Shown in pieces: positions 14,134 through 26,966 of a stretch of DNA of 64,000 nt; position 1 is the first letter of the stretch, and every line of letters starts with the position of its first letter. The stretch covers positions 65,288,001-65,352,000 of the forward strand of contig CM052816.1 in assembly GCA_028534125.1 (NCBI GenBank), written 5' to 3'. This stretch comes from Lama glama (Eukaryota). The notes under the pieces are model-generated. The model was not told the origin of the DNA and searched no databases. It saw only the letters and a program-made list of their open reading frames with translations. Made by a program: the position numbers and the translations under genes.

Positions 14134-15789
14134 TTCTAGAAAACAAAATCTAATCTAGTCTTAGGCATTTTTGAAAGGTTTCTAGGTAATCAGATAATCA
14201 ACTTTAAATAATTGTTTGAATGGCATTTAACTGCAGCATAAACAAATGCCTCTTAAAAAAAAAAAAACTCCACACACACATTTTAAAGTAGAGACAAAAT
14301 ATGCCTAGAACTGACTTGACTATATGACTTTTTCCCTAATATTATTTATTTTCCAGACCATGTCAGAAAAATATTTTCTTTCAAATGATAATTATATTTC
14401 TATCAGTATTGTATATACTGCTGTCCCCCCCCAAATTTATCCCACTATTTTTTGTTATTTTTGTAGGCCTGATGTATGTCTATTACAAATCATAGGTCAT
14501 TAGATTATCATTTAGAAAGTGATTAAATTTAGAAGACTGACTACACATTTTGATTTTCTACATGAGCATATTTTAATTACATTTACTATTTCTGGCAGTT
14601 TGTAAGAGGAGATGTGATTATGTAACATTTTATTTTATGTAATTTTAATAAATATCATATCTTTATTTTTATATAACAAAACCTACAATATATTGTTAAA
14701 TATATGAAGTTACGTTAAATGTCTACAGATGGTCATTTAGGTAAAATTAGTTTCATTGGAATACTGCACTCCAGTCTTCCAAATTCATTCTAAACTTATT
14801 CAGCAATATTTATTAAGCAAGCATCAATTATAGTCTAGAATCTTGAAACACAGTGGAGACCAAGTCACATCTTATTTGATGCTCTTATTTTCAGGTAGAG
14901 GCTGGGAGAGTACTAATATTGAATTATCAATGAATGAGGACATTAAAAGAGAGTTTAATTGATATATGTTAGGTCACAACTTCAGGGAACCTAGCGCTGG
15001 ACCTGGAACCCAGGTCTTCTATATGAAAGTTCAACACGTTTTCACTGCCTCTTGTGACTCCTAAGTAATGAATTGCCCTCTGTTTCTTAGAGAAGGTGAT
15101 TAATGAACTACTATCAGGAGGCTAAACCCTTTAAAATTGTTATTCCAGAAGTAGTTAAAACTTTGTATTGATCCATGCAAACTATCTGGCTTGGGCCCCA
15201 CAGAGACCAGCTAAGCTGTGAGTCAGCTAATGATGGTTAGAATTCAACTTGGAAACATGAAACAGAATGAGGTTAACTGACACATGTCAAAATCAAGCCT
15301 GTGACTGGCTGGCCTCATGAGCACCGTCTTCTACATAATTGTGCTAGCCAGTCCTAGATGTCAGTGTAGAATTCAACCTATATGCTGCTTTTTCCCCTTC
15401 TCCTTTGACCTTCACTCATTCTGTTTAATAGTGTGTAATGAAAGACATCTTTAAAAAGTAATCTGTTTAGTCTCATAGGTTTGCAAAAAATACTATATTC
15501 CCAATCTGTTTGCTGTGATTCTTGAAAATATTTACTAAAAGTTGGTGATATCCAGAGCCATCTTTTTTTTTTTAAAAAATTCAAACATTATATCAGTGTT
15601 AACAATTATAGTGAAACAATTATTTGACTAAGGTCCTTTAAGCAGGATTTAAAGCTGAATTGTATGTATATTCAATTGGTTTGTCAGATTCTAGATATTA
15701 AATGCTTTCATACTGAGAAAACTCTTATTTCCCTATAGTTTATCTTTTGACAAATGTAGTTGGCACATATTATTTTGACCAGAGTTACT

Positions 15790-16183
15790 ATATGTCTTAT
15801 ATATATGTTCTTTTTCATATTTTTTATTGTAGGCTATGATAAGATATTGAATATAGTTCCTTGTGCTATACAGTTGGTCCTTATTGTTTACCTATTTTAT
15901 ACATAGCAATATTTGTCTGTTAATCCCAAACTCCTAATCTATCCCTCCTGTCTGCCCCCCTGGTAACCATAAGTTTGTTTTCTATGTCTGAATCTGTTTC
16001 TGTTTTGTAAATAAGTTCATTTGTGTCATAATGTAGATTCCACATATAAGTGATATCACATGGTATTTGTCTTTGTCTCATTTACTTCACTTAGTATTAT
16101 AATCTCTAGATCCATCTATGTTGCTGCAAATGGCATTATTTCATTCTTTTTTTGTAGCTGAGTAGCATTCCATTGTGTGTGTC

Positions 16184-16227
<44 letters not shown>

Positions 16228-17070
16228 AAACCTTGTCTTTATCTAATCATCTGTTGATGGACGTTTAGGTTACTTCCATGTCTTGGCTACTGTAAATAGT
16301 GCAGCTATAAACATTGGTGTTTATGTATCTTTTTGAATTAGAGTTTTCTCTTGATATATGCCCAGGAGTGGGATTCCTGGATCATATGGTAACTATTTTC
16401 AGTTTTTTTAAGGAAACTCCATACTTTTTTCCATAATGGCTGCACCAAATTACATTGCCACCAACACTGTAGGATGGTTCCCTTTTCTCCACACCCTCTC
16501 CAGCATTTATTGTTTGTAGACTTTTCGATGGTGGACATTCTGACTGGTGTGAAATGATACCTCATTGTGGTTTTAATTTTCATTTCTCTCATAATTAGCA
16601 ACGTTGAGCATCTTTTCATGTACCATTTGGCCATCTGTATGGCTTCTTTGGAGAAATGTCTATTTAGGTCTTCTGCCCATTTTTTTATTGTGTTGTTTGT
16701 TTTTATGTTATTGAGTTGTATGAGCTGTTTATATATTTTGGAAATTAAGCCCCTGTCAGTTGCATTGTTTACAAATATTTTCTCCCATTCCATAGGCTGT
16801 CTTTCCATTTTTTTTATAGTTTACTTTGCTGTGCAAAATCTTTTAAGTTTGTTTATTTTTGCTTTTATTTTTTATTTTTATTTTTTATTAAGTTTGTTTA
16901 TTTTTGCTTTTATTTATTTTGCCTTGGAAGACCAACCTAGGAAAACATTGCTACAATTTTTGTCAGAGAATGTTTTGCCTATATTTTCTTCTAGGAGTTT
17001 TATGGTATCCTGTCTTTACAAAGCCTATGCCATTTTGAATTTATTTTTATATATGTTGTGAGGGAGTTTT
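15790..17070 (-). mobile_element. 5'-truncated L1 LINE (ORF2 C-terminus plus 3'UTR) with an internal (TG)n
   Basis: ORF 16338-16808 reads [56 protein letters not shown], the L1 ORF2 C-terminal region. Confidence 0.95.
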
Positions 17071-17829
17071 TAAAGCTGTCATTATTCTTGATCCCAGCAT
17101 TGCCATTTCATGTTGTTCCACAAAATTTTATTTTACTTTATTTTATGTTTAAAATACTAAATGTTTAACATAGATAGAGGCTATTTTTACAGCTGATTTG
17201 TACAAGTGGGAGTCAACATGTAAATTATAACTCCAAATTTCTATAGAGAAATATACATATTGTACTCTAAGTAGACAAACACAAGAATATGCTCTATTTC
17301 TGTATTCTCTTTGAAAAATTAGTATCTCTATTGCTATAGAAATTAATTACCTGAGTTGTTTTAATATTTATAATTAAGATTCTGAACCACAAGTCTCATT
17401 TTACTTTTTATATATTAAATTTTGTACATCTTTCTTTTTTCTCTCTTCAATAGAAATTTCACTAATGCAAAATTTAAACATATTTGTCTGGCTCTCACAC
17501 ACATGAAAAGGAGTTGCTTTTCCCTTTTCTGCTCACAGAACATTATAACAACTGCCACATCTCCAGCCACATGGGGCAAGAAGTGAAGTTCCCAGGCTCT
17601 TAGAATTTTCTACTAAAGTACTTGAGAGATCTGATGTTTCATAAAGAGTTCAACTGGGATTCATCAAATCATCTTGACTATAGAAATTTTAGATTTTTTA
17701 AAAGTAGAAAACAGTCCTTGGCAATTATCTCATCTAGCATCTTCCATATAACAATGAGAAAACTGAAATATTCCTCATGACCTTGAATAGCTGTTGGCTT
17801 AGTTTTCTCTCACCTCCAATAACCTGATG

Positions 17830-18240
17830 TCTTTTCATTCAAACTGGCCAAGCCATTCTTTAAGGTTGCCATACTAGCCTAGTTGTTCCCTCTATAATGA
17901 TTTTCTCCTGACGTTTATATTCCTGGTTCCTCCATGTCATTTGGATCTCAGCCTAAAAGTTACTTACTCAGAGAAGCTTTCCTTGGCAACCCAATCTAAA
18001 GCAGCCTCAGACACCTGCTGACACATACCTTATTTTAATTCTCAGCATAGCATGCCTCATTATTTTCTTTCTGGAGTGTTTGTTTATATATACATAATGT
18101 GTTTATTATTCACCTCACTACATTAAATACAGATGGTAGCAGCCTTGACTGTGTTGTTCACTGCTATATCCCCAGTGACTAGACCATTTCCTGGCAGTTA
18201 GTTGGTGCCCAATAATCGTATGTTTAATGAATGAATGATG
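17830..18240 (+). mobile_element. L2 LINE 3' end
   Basis: ctcagagaagctttcctt...tgttcactgctatatccccagtgactaga...cctggca...aataatcgtatgtttaatgaatgaatga. Confidence 0.75.
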
Positions 18241-19956
18241 TGATCCCTGTTACTTCTTATGTTTGTATAAATGACTAAAAACCATTAGGGATGCAAGAGT
18301 GTAGAACTCACAAATATGGACTCCCTTCCAGCCTCATCCTGGATCATTAACAAAATACTAGATTAAGTGACCTAATCTTCATAGATCATCAGGGTAATAT
18401 GCCCAGGCATTTTGGTATCATTAGACTACTCTGTCATAAACATATTGATCACAATATGTTTATCAGTTTGACAATGATATACATCTCCTATTACCAAGTG
18501 TAGTCCTGCTTTCCTGCATCTAAAAGAAGAAAAGACTGGTTTACTCAAGTATTTTTAGATAAGTTACATTAAAATATAAAAAAATCACCTTTAATCTTTT
18601 TCTCTTACCAGTAAAATGAGTCAACATATTAATTCAACAAATGATTTTTGAATACCTACCACGTACCAACTCTTCTCTTACTGAGTTTTAGGGGGAAGCA
18701 GACAATAAATAACTGTATGGCAAGTGCTGTTCTCAACCCATTCATGTGTTATTATATCCTTACTACAAATCTTTGATGTAGAAATTATTATTCCTTTTTT
18801 TTTAACATCTTGGGGAAATTAACTTCAGAGGAGCAGACAACATACCCAGATTCATACTGGCAGTGGCAGAGTTGGGTGTTGAACATAAATTTTTATTACT
18901 CCAAAGCCTCCTTTTGTACTTTGGCAGTTGAAAAAAGGAACATTCTATGAAAATTTAAATAATAATAACAAACTTACTGTGAGCCTTATAAAGCATTAAA
19001 ATAATCTGAATTCATACAAAAAATAAATTACTCATTCAAATAGAGAATTTGGCTATATGTTTAGGTCACAGAAACTTAGAACATACACATTCCCATAGTA
19101 TATTACTTTAAATGTCTAAAAAATGGATCATAGTATAAATTAGACTTCATCAAAAGACCGTTTGGATGCAAAGTTTATCAATTATTGCACAAAGTATTCT
19201 CATTAAGGTAACTCATATTGCTTTATAGTGTTTAATATGGTGAGCATTAGAGTCTGTAGACAGATAAGCCAGTCTTTAAGTCAACCAGTGCTCCTATGCT
19301 AATTCTTCAGCTAGCTTGTTGTCTAGTCCCTGCCGGGCTGGAGTGTGGACCCTATCTCTACACCATGGATTCTACTGCACTGTGAATTCTGAATTTGTGT
19401 TTTAGACATGGAATCCTTTGGAGGCAAGGAGATACTTGTGACTATGAGTATCCTGGGTAAAAGATACCAATGGGGAAAATAGAGTCTGTGGTGATATAAG
19501 AGTCATACAGCTAAGTTACTAGCATCTATTTGGGGTGTTGAAAGCAGTAACTGAGAAATGAGGCATTTTATGATTGTGTAACTGAGTATAAAAGGGGCAG
19601 AATAATGCTTATAACTTTAAGCTTTATCTCACAGTTGAACCAGCCAGCAAGATCTTCATACAATATTTGGACTACAGTGTTAATACCTCTGTTGCTGGCA
19701 TTTTGTCTGATTTGGGATTAATTCAGTTGTCACGGTTAGCTCTTTGGCAAATAAAAATGAGAGAAGTGTAAGCTAATAAAATTAGGGAATCTCAACACAG
19801 AATGTATGCAACTCCAAAGGAATTATCTTTATCAGCTGAATAATTGGTTAAATCAATGGAAACTTAGTCAATTTTTTAGTTTATTTAATCATTTCAAAAA
19901 TACTTATTCATTGTTTATAGGTATGCTTGTAGCACCATTGGATACACAATGTTCTT

Positions 19957-20095
19957 TTTTTTTTTTTTTACATTTTTATTGATTCATAATCATTTTACAG
20001 TGTTGTGTCAAATTCCAGTGTTCAGTACAATTTTTCAGTCATACATGGACATATACACACTCATTGTCACATTTTTTTCTCTGTGATTTATCATA
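19957..20095 (-). mobile_element. Very short young L1 3' end with poly(A) and a perfect 15-bp TSD
   Basis: TSD ATACACAATGTTCTT at 19942-19956 and 20096-20110; T run then catttttattgattcataatcattttacagtgttgtgtcaaattccagtg. Confidence 0.9.
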
Positions 20096-20549
20096 ATACA
20101 CAATGTTCTTATCCTCAGAAATTTTATGATCACGATGTGAAAATGAGGCATGCATGCTCACATTCAAACTTAGATGACTATTCAAGATGCAGTACAAACA
20201 GTCTATAATTAAGTGCCATACAAATAGTATGAACAGTAAATGATATGAGCTCGTAAAAAGGAAAGATCAAGGCAGGCACCATGGTAAAACTTGGAATTGC
20301 CTTGTTTTGGGGTTGGAATGCGATTGGGTTGAAGTTGAATAAGTGTAAGACTTTCCAAGCTGGAGGTGGGGGAATTTCAAAATTGAGTTAAATGCATGAG
20401 AGTAGGAATTAGTTTGTCATCTTTGGAGACAGTGGGGAACTGCAGAAGTCGTTCCTAACTGTCTTGTGTGGGCCCTTGATTGCCAAGTTGAGACATTTGG
20501 ACTTCATCCTGAGAATAATGGTAAATCATGGAAGGCTGTCTATAGAGGA

Positions 20550-20725
20550 GTGCTAAAATGTTAATGTGCTTAAGAATCCACCCAGATAGCTTGCTAAAAC
20601 TGCAGATTCCTGAGACTTACTCCAGAGATTCTGACTGAGTAAATCTAAAGAGGGCCTTCAATCTCCATCTTAACAAGGATCAATGCAATTCTGATTTAAG
20701 TGGTCTTCAGACCAGTTTGAGTAAT
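20550..20725. mobile_element. MER5-like hAT DNA transposon
   Basis: gcttgctaaaactgcagattcctgag...ccagagattctgactgagta...ttaacaag...attctgat...cagtttgagta. Confidence 0.65.
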
Positions 20726-21337
20726 ATTAAATTAGAGGCTGACATAATAATCCAGGGGCGAAGACTTGTGCTATAATTTTGGAAGTTTTACAATGGAAAA
20801 AAGTGATGACTGTAAGAGGTACAGTAAAGGAAGAATTGATAAGACTTAGAAATGTTTGGATACACAAAATCAAAGAGAAGAAGTAGTCTAAAATGATATT
20901 AATTATTAATTAAACATATTTGATAATTTTTATTCATACAACTGGATTTGCTAGTCAGTTAATTCACCTAAAAGAGTCAGTGCATATAAAGATGGTGCCC
21001 AAATATGAACTAAGAGGAAAACACAATATGAAATAATGAATATGGTAATACATGTAGATAAAAAGAAATCCAGAAAAAAATTAATCTACCATTTTGTGAT
21101 ATATTCAACTATATTGTAATGGTTGTGTTTCCCATCATGAATTTAACTCTCAGTCAAGTTTCTTGAATTCCTTTCATCATTAGTTTTCGAAACTGGATGT
21201 AGAATCCTCAATTATCCAAATCTTCCCCCACTTAACTAAGAGAGCAACTCTGGGGAATATATTGCAGCATCTCTGTAGTTATGGTTATGCTACATCCTAG
21301 ACTTGGGGAAATAATTACAATTAAAAATAACCATATT

Positions 21338-21685
21338 CTGAACTCACAGATACAGAGAACAGATTGCTGGTTGCCAGAGTTGGGCAGTAGGGGAGTGGGC
21401 AAAATGGGTAAAGCTACAAACTTCCAGTGTTTAAGTAACTAAGTCCTGGGAATGGAATGTACAGCATGGTGTCTATAGTTGATAATACTGTACTATGTAT
21501 TTAAAAGTTGCTAAGAGAGTAGATCTTAAAATTTCTCATCACAAGGGAAAAAGATTACCAGTGTGGTGATGGATGTTAACTAGGCTTATTGTGGTGATCA
21601 TTTAATAAGATACATATATTGAATCATTACGTTATACCACTGAAATGAATATATGCCCATTAAATCTCAATTAAAAAAATAAAAT
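21338..21685 (+). mobile_element. L1 (L1MA/MB-like) 3'UTR fragment
   Basis: aactcacagatacagagaacagattgctggttgccagag...gtacagcatggtgtctatagttgataatactgtac...aaagttgctaagagagtagatcttaaa...tctcaattaaaaaaa. Confidence 0.85.
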
Positions 21686-22782
21686 AGTTTCCATTTCCTA
21701 GAGAATGATCTGACTATGAATGCCAGCTTTTGGTTTGGACAATATAGTTGCTAGGGTTACAGTCCATCATGGGTAAAACACCTAATCTTGGACCTTATTC
21801 CCAGTTGTTTTTAGGACAAAGTCATAAAAAAAATCTTGAGGAGATTATTTCTGTTAGGTTCTAGCTAATTTCATTAAGCCATCAGGAATGGTACTGATGA
21901 AAGTTAGAAGGAAATTTGAATTTTAAGTATAAATTATAATAATTATCAGACATTTTTCAGTCTCAGGTTGATGCAAATTTGGGGGTCATGGTTCTTCAAC
22001 TGAAACAGTAATCAATACCCAAAAAGTTTTCCAAAAGCAATTTCATTTTTTCTTTTGAGAAATTTTAATAATTTTGAGAATTCTTTTAAAATTTCTTCTT
22101 TATTTCATAACTTCTTTTACAAATGTGAACAAATTATTTGGCCTCTCAGTTAATAACATCTGAGTATTTGTATAGATTACTTTTAGAGTTAGTGTGAGCT
22201 ATAATGTGGTATTACAAACTGGAAATGTTTCACATGGATGTGGCCTAGAATTACTGAAATTTCAAAGTTCTTGGTTCCACCAACAGAAGGAAATAAAATA
22301 AATTCATGTACCCTGAAGAATTAAAACATTGTATTACATCAATTTCAGTCAAGGGTAAATAATCATATTCCTTCATGCTTTAAAATGATGTTTGTATTAA
22401 AAGAGGGAAGGCTTTGACCTCTTGAAAGGAATGAAGGAAGACAAATAAAGAGAGGACTTGGGGATGTTTCAGCTGAGGGGAAAAGAGAGTAGCATGGAAA
22501 GGCAGCAAAGGACAAGCAGTAAGTCTTCATCAGTGCTGGGCAATGGGCAGTTGTAAAGAGTTGCTCTTCCTCTCGGGTGAACTACCTGAGTCAGAGCTAG
22601 TCGCTTGAGTTCATCTCATCTCATCCCCTTAGCCTCCCCTGGGGCTGAATTGGAGGCTGCTAAAATTGCCTGCTGGGACCTTGACACTTACTTTTGCCCA
22701 GGGATTATTTCCTCATAGAGAGAACATAATAAAGTATGGTTTGTTTGTGGCAGAACTTGCCATCTAATATTTTCTTGTTCAT

Positions 22783-23004
22783 CAGTGGCCAGCAAACCGT
22801 TTCTATAAAGACCCATAGAGTAGATATTTCAGACTTCGTGGGCTGTAGCATCTCTGTCACGAGTACTGAACTCTGCCGTTGTAGTTTGAAAGGAGCCATG
22901 GATAATCAGAAAGTAAACAGCCGTGGCTGTGTGCCAATAATCCTTAATTTACAAAGACAGGTGGTGAGCTGGATTTGTCCCATGGCCATAGTATGCCAAC
23001 CCCG
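22783..23004. mobile_element. MER58A-like hAT-Charlie DNA transposon
   Basis: cagtggccagcaaacc..tctataaag..tactgaactctgccgttgtag..ggctgtgtgccaataa..ggatttgtcccatggccatagtatgccaacccc. Confidence 0.85.
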
Positions 23005-24789
23005 CCTTTTACTGCAATGTATGGTATTTCTGTTGTGGATTAACAGACTGTCTTAGAAAGCTAACTACTTTTCCTAGCGTAGTTTCCCTAAAGAAATAGT
23101 TCCAGATTAGAAATAGACAGGAACCTCACCCTGTACTAGATTTGGTAAATTCCTTAAATAAACTGTACAAGGTTTTGGAGGTACATAAATGGTGTCTAGA
23201 AATTGGGTTTCAGTATTTTCTAGTTGTGTAATTTTTATACCTCTTTGTCATCTGTAAGGAGGAATAGTAATACCTACCTGATAAAAAGGCCATGGCCATC
23301 AACTACCACACCAACACAGTAAATGTCCATTACAGCACCATCTGACATATAGTAGACCCCGAGTCAACACTAGCTTTCATCCTTCTCCATAAGCCAGGAA
23401 ACACTATGAAGTTGAAATAAAAGTAGAAACAAAGCAGAATAGAAGACATAACTAACTTCACTTTTAAGGTATTGCAGCTTTTTTATTTCACTAAAATATT
23501 CATTTCTGGCTTAAAGGCATAGTCCTATTACTACTTGGAAAAGAACTGGGTTGAAAACCCAACGTGTGAATTATAATTGGTCAATTTGTCCCGATCTTTG
23601 AAACTGCACTTGCAAATAAATCTAGATCTCCATTTCGCATACTCCACAAAGCATTCTAAACAATTCAGTGTGTTCAAATGATGAGGTTTCCATTATTTAT
23701 GCATGAAGAAAACATGCTGTTTTCCATGCACTGAGCCGGGGGGGAGGAAATTATTCAGCCTTAGTAATATTAGACCATGGATCTTCCATTTACTTGAAAA
23801 TGGTCGTGTCATGCTGAAGAGAATAATGGTTCAGATCCTTCTTTTCCTTCCTCTAAATACTATGGCAAAACTACATTGATCAAAATAAATAAAACCTTGT
23901 ATCATTGTGTCAAGGCTGTAGGAAAATAGAGTAAAAATGAACATATTGGAGAGTCTGCCTTGAATGGCAAATTCTATACACTTTTACCTCTCTCAAGGTT
24001 CTTATTTTCTTCTATTCTACTCACCAAGTTATATGAAAATTCTACATGTCTGTTGAAATAAACAGCAACTTTTCCCAATGTTTAAAAGAAAAAAGGTGCT
24101 ATTTCATTAAATTTTGCATTTACAAAGAACGAGAATGATTGGGGTACAATTCATGTTAGTTTGTGAGTCTGCCCCGGGTACTGATCTGAATGCACTCTTT
24201 TGGAAGGAACGTGTATTCCTTGAAGACAGAGAGAGAAACTAGTCTCTCCCCAATGCCAGGACCCCCTTTGAAGTTTTGTTTACTGCAGATCTTAAGGATG
24301 AATTGGAGTACTGCTGAAAAATAACATTTGTTATCACATGAGGAGAAAGCCATTTGATATAATGGGTTAAACTTACTCATCTTTCAGTTAATCTCTGCTA
24401 TGGCTACTGCAAGATTTGAATTTGGTAGTCTCAGATAATCTTCTAACAATATTCAGAGGCCCCTTTGGAGGCTAATGAATTTAAACTTGAATAATTAGCC
24501 ATAGAATGGCCTTATTCCTGTGAAGTGGGAGAGAATTCCTCCCTCCTCTATTACAGGTTTCTAGCTTGGGCACGTGAAAGTTGGTTTCTGTTGAAGTTCC
24601 TCTCAGTGTATTTCCACACTTAATTGCTATGTGACTCAGGAAGATAAAAAGAGAAAGAAAGCAACAAAAAGAAAATACCCAGGATTTTTTCATGTGTATT
24701 GTATGTACATGGTATACTGTAGTATTTGCACAAGATCTGGAGTAGACCTGGTTTTACATTTATAATCTCACTTAATCATCATCATCATA

Positions 24790-25340
24790 GTTATAACAAC
24801 GACAGCAGTAGCACATTCTTAATGTGTGCCTAAAATGACCAGGCCTTGAGTTAAATGTTTTCCATGAATTACTGTATTTAATTCTTACAAAATTCTATCA
24901 CGTATATTTTACCACTATCCAGTTTTGCAGATGAAGAAACTAAGGCTTGGTAGTTACAAAACTTGCCCCCAACTCACACAACTTTCAGGGGTTCAGATTA
25001 GCTCTGTCTGATCCCTATACTTATCCTCCTGACTAGAACATTCCATTCCATTCACAAGGAAATTGGAAACATCCAAGCCTGTAAGACGTGCTAATAGAGG
25101 AGCAGGTACTGGAACTGCAGAGGCAGCAGGGAACACCAGTCTAGAGGGGGAGCTCTGACCTGGCAGTGTGATGTGTAACACTGGCTTTGCTCAACTCTCT
25201 GTGTGCCCCTTGACAAGTTATTACCTTCTCTGTGCCTCAGTTTTGTTATCTGTACAATGGGGATAGTAATACATTTTTGAAAAAGCAGTTAGAACAATGC
25301 TTGGCTCAGAGTAAGCTCTATAAATATTAGTTATCATTGG
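24790..25340. mobile_element. Two MIR SINEs in opposite orientations (about 24790-24985 and 25165-25340)
   Basis: ccagttttgcagatgaagaaactaaggct and ttgacaagttattaccttctctgtgcctcagttttgttatctgtacaatggggatagtaat. Confidence 0.7.
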
Positions 25341-26444
25341 AATCTAGGCATCCTACCCTCTGTGGTCTTATACTGTTTACCCCTTAGAACAGATAGATAT
25401 TAGATGAGTGCATGATTCAGAGATGGATCACAGTTTTTATACATCAGAACATTTTGGAGAACCTAAGGTAATATTAAGATAGCATTTTTTTCTCTGTCCC
25501 TATCCATCTTCTATTTTAAACTATCTTAATTCTCCTCGCTTTTCTGCTACCCTCACTTCTTGATCCTTAGGCAACTGTCCTGAGTTATTGTTAGTTGCTA
25601 TTAACCCCTGCTGTGATGTTTGCTGATAGATAACATGTTGGATGATAAGAATGTTATATTTTAATGGCAGATATTTGAGAAATTGAAACACTTCCTAACC
25701 CTAGGAAGTAAACTTTCTGCTGATCAAGAGGATGTAGCAGATAAGTATTTAGGAATATAGGAAGGGACAATCACAGCCAAAGAATGGAACACAGTCACCT
25801 TGCATTTGAATATATCTATAGATATCATTTCACAAGAATTTGTATTTGATTTCAGCGTTAACTTAAAAGCTGAACTTCGACAGGAAGATGAATTCTATCT
25901 TAAAGATGTTTGCAATTATTTTTAGCTCAGAATTCTATTTGGCCTTCCCACATTTTTTATATTGCCACCGTTTTAAACATTTGCCCAGTGATTTAATTTG
26001 GGGAGTTTACAAATACAGAGTGTTTACACATGGCCTGCAGCTTTCTCTTCTAAAGATAGACTGTTCAGCTCACACATTGCTCACTGCTCGTTCCTACCCG
26101 TCTCAGTGTTATCTGTTCTGTTGGTGGTAATGTGGGTTCCCTTGGAGGTCCCCTGCCCTGTGGATGTTTGTAGGTTTTTATTATGCAACATTCAATATAT
26201 ACAAAATAATCTTTGTATCATGTGTATGTTATAGAGCATATAATTTATGAACTAGTATGAATTTATGAACAGTATTGTCAACTTACTGTATCTACCTGTA
26301 AGTTTCTTCTCCCTCCCATTGACCATCTTTCTTCCCTGCTCGCCAAATAACAACCAACCTAAATTTTGTGAATTTCATAACCTTCCTATTTTTTAATGTT
26401 TCATAAAATACCACATATATATATATTCTTTAAAATCTTGCGAC

Positions 26445-26592
26445 TTACACATGGTCCACAGATCTGTAGCACTGGTGTCAACTGGGGGCGTATTAGAAAA
26501 ATGGAGCCTCAGCCCTGTCTTAGATCCATTGAATCAGCATCTGCATTTAATAAATATATTGATTCATATGCACATTAGTTTCAAGAGCACTG
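26445..26592. mobile_element. MER5A-like DNA transposon inside the old L1
   Basis: tggtccacaga...tattagaaaaatggagcctcagccctg...tgaatcagcatctgcatttaataaa...gattcatatgcacattagtttcaagagcactg. Confidence 0.75.
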
Positions 26593-26898
26593 TACCAATA
26601 CATTATTTGGTTTTCTGTGGAGTGTTTTTTGCTCATTTTCTTATTTGTTTCTTGTGTTTAAACTTAAGAAGAATGGTTCGATGTTGGCAATCTTCTGCCA
26701 CTTGCTTTGTTAACTTAATAAAGGCACTTCTAAGGTCCATCAAAGTTACCTTGAGTAGTCATTTATGGCTGCATGAGGTAACATTTGTGTGAATACCCGA
26801 GAATTTGTTTTTTCTTTTATTGCTAGAAATTGAAGTTGGGACCGGTTTTCTGTTATAAAGCATAACCCTGCTATGAATACTTAGGTGCAAGCCTCCTG

Positions 26899-26914
26899 GT
26901 GGGTGTGGGTGTGT

Positions 26915-26964
<50 letters not shown>
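26899..26964. repeat. (GT)n microsatellite
   Basis: Read directly. Confidence 0.95.

Positions 26965-26966
<2 letters not shown>

Noticed and set aside
16567..17061. 164-aa hydrophobic + strand ORF
   Set aside because: Antisense reading of A-rich L1 ORF2; a common false membrane-protein call.
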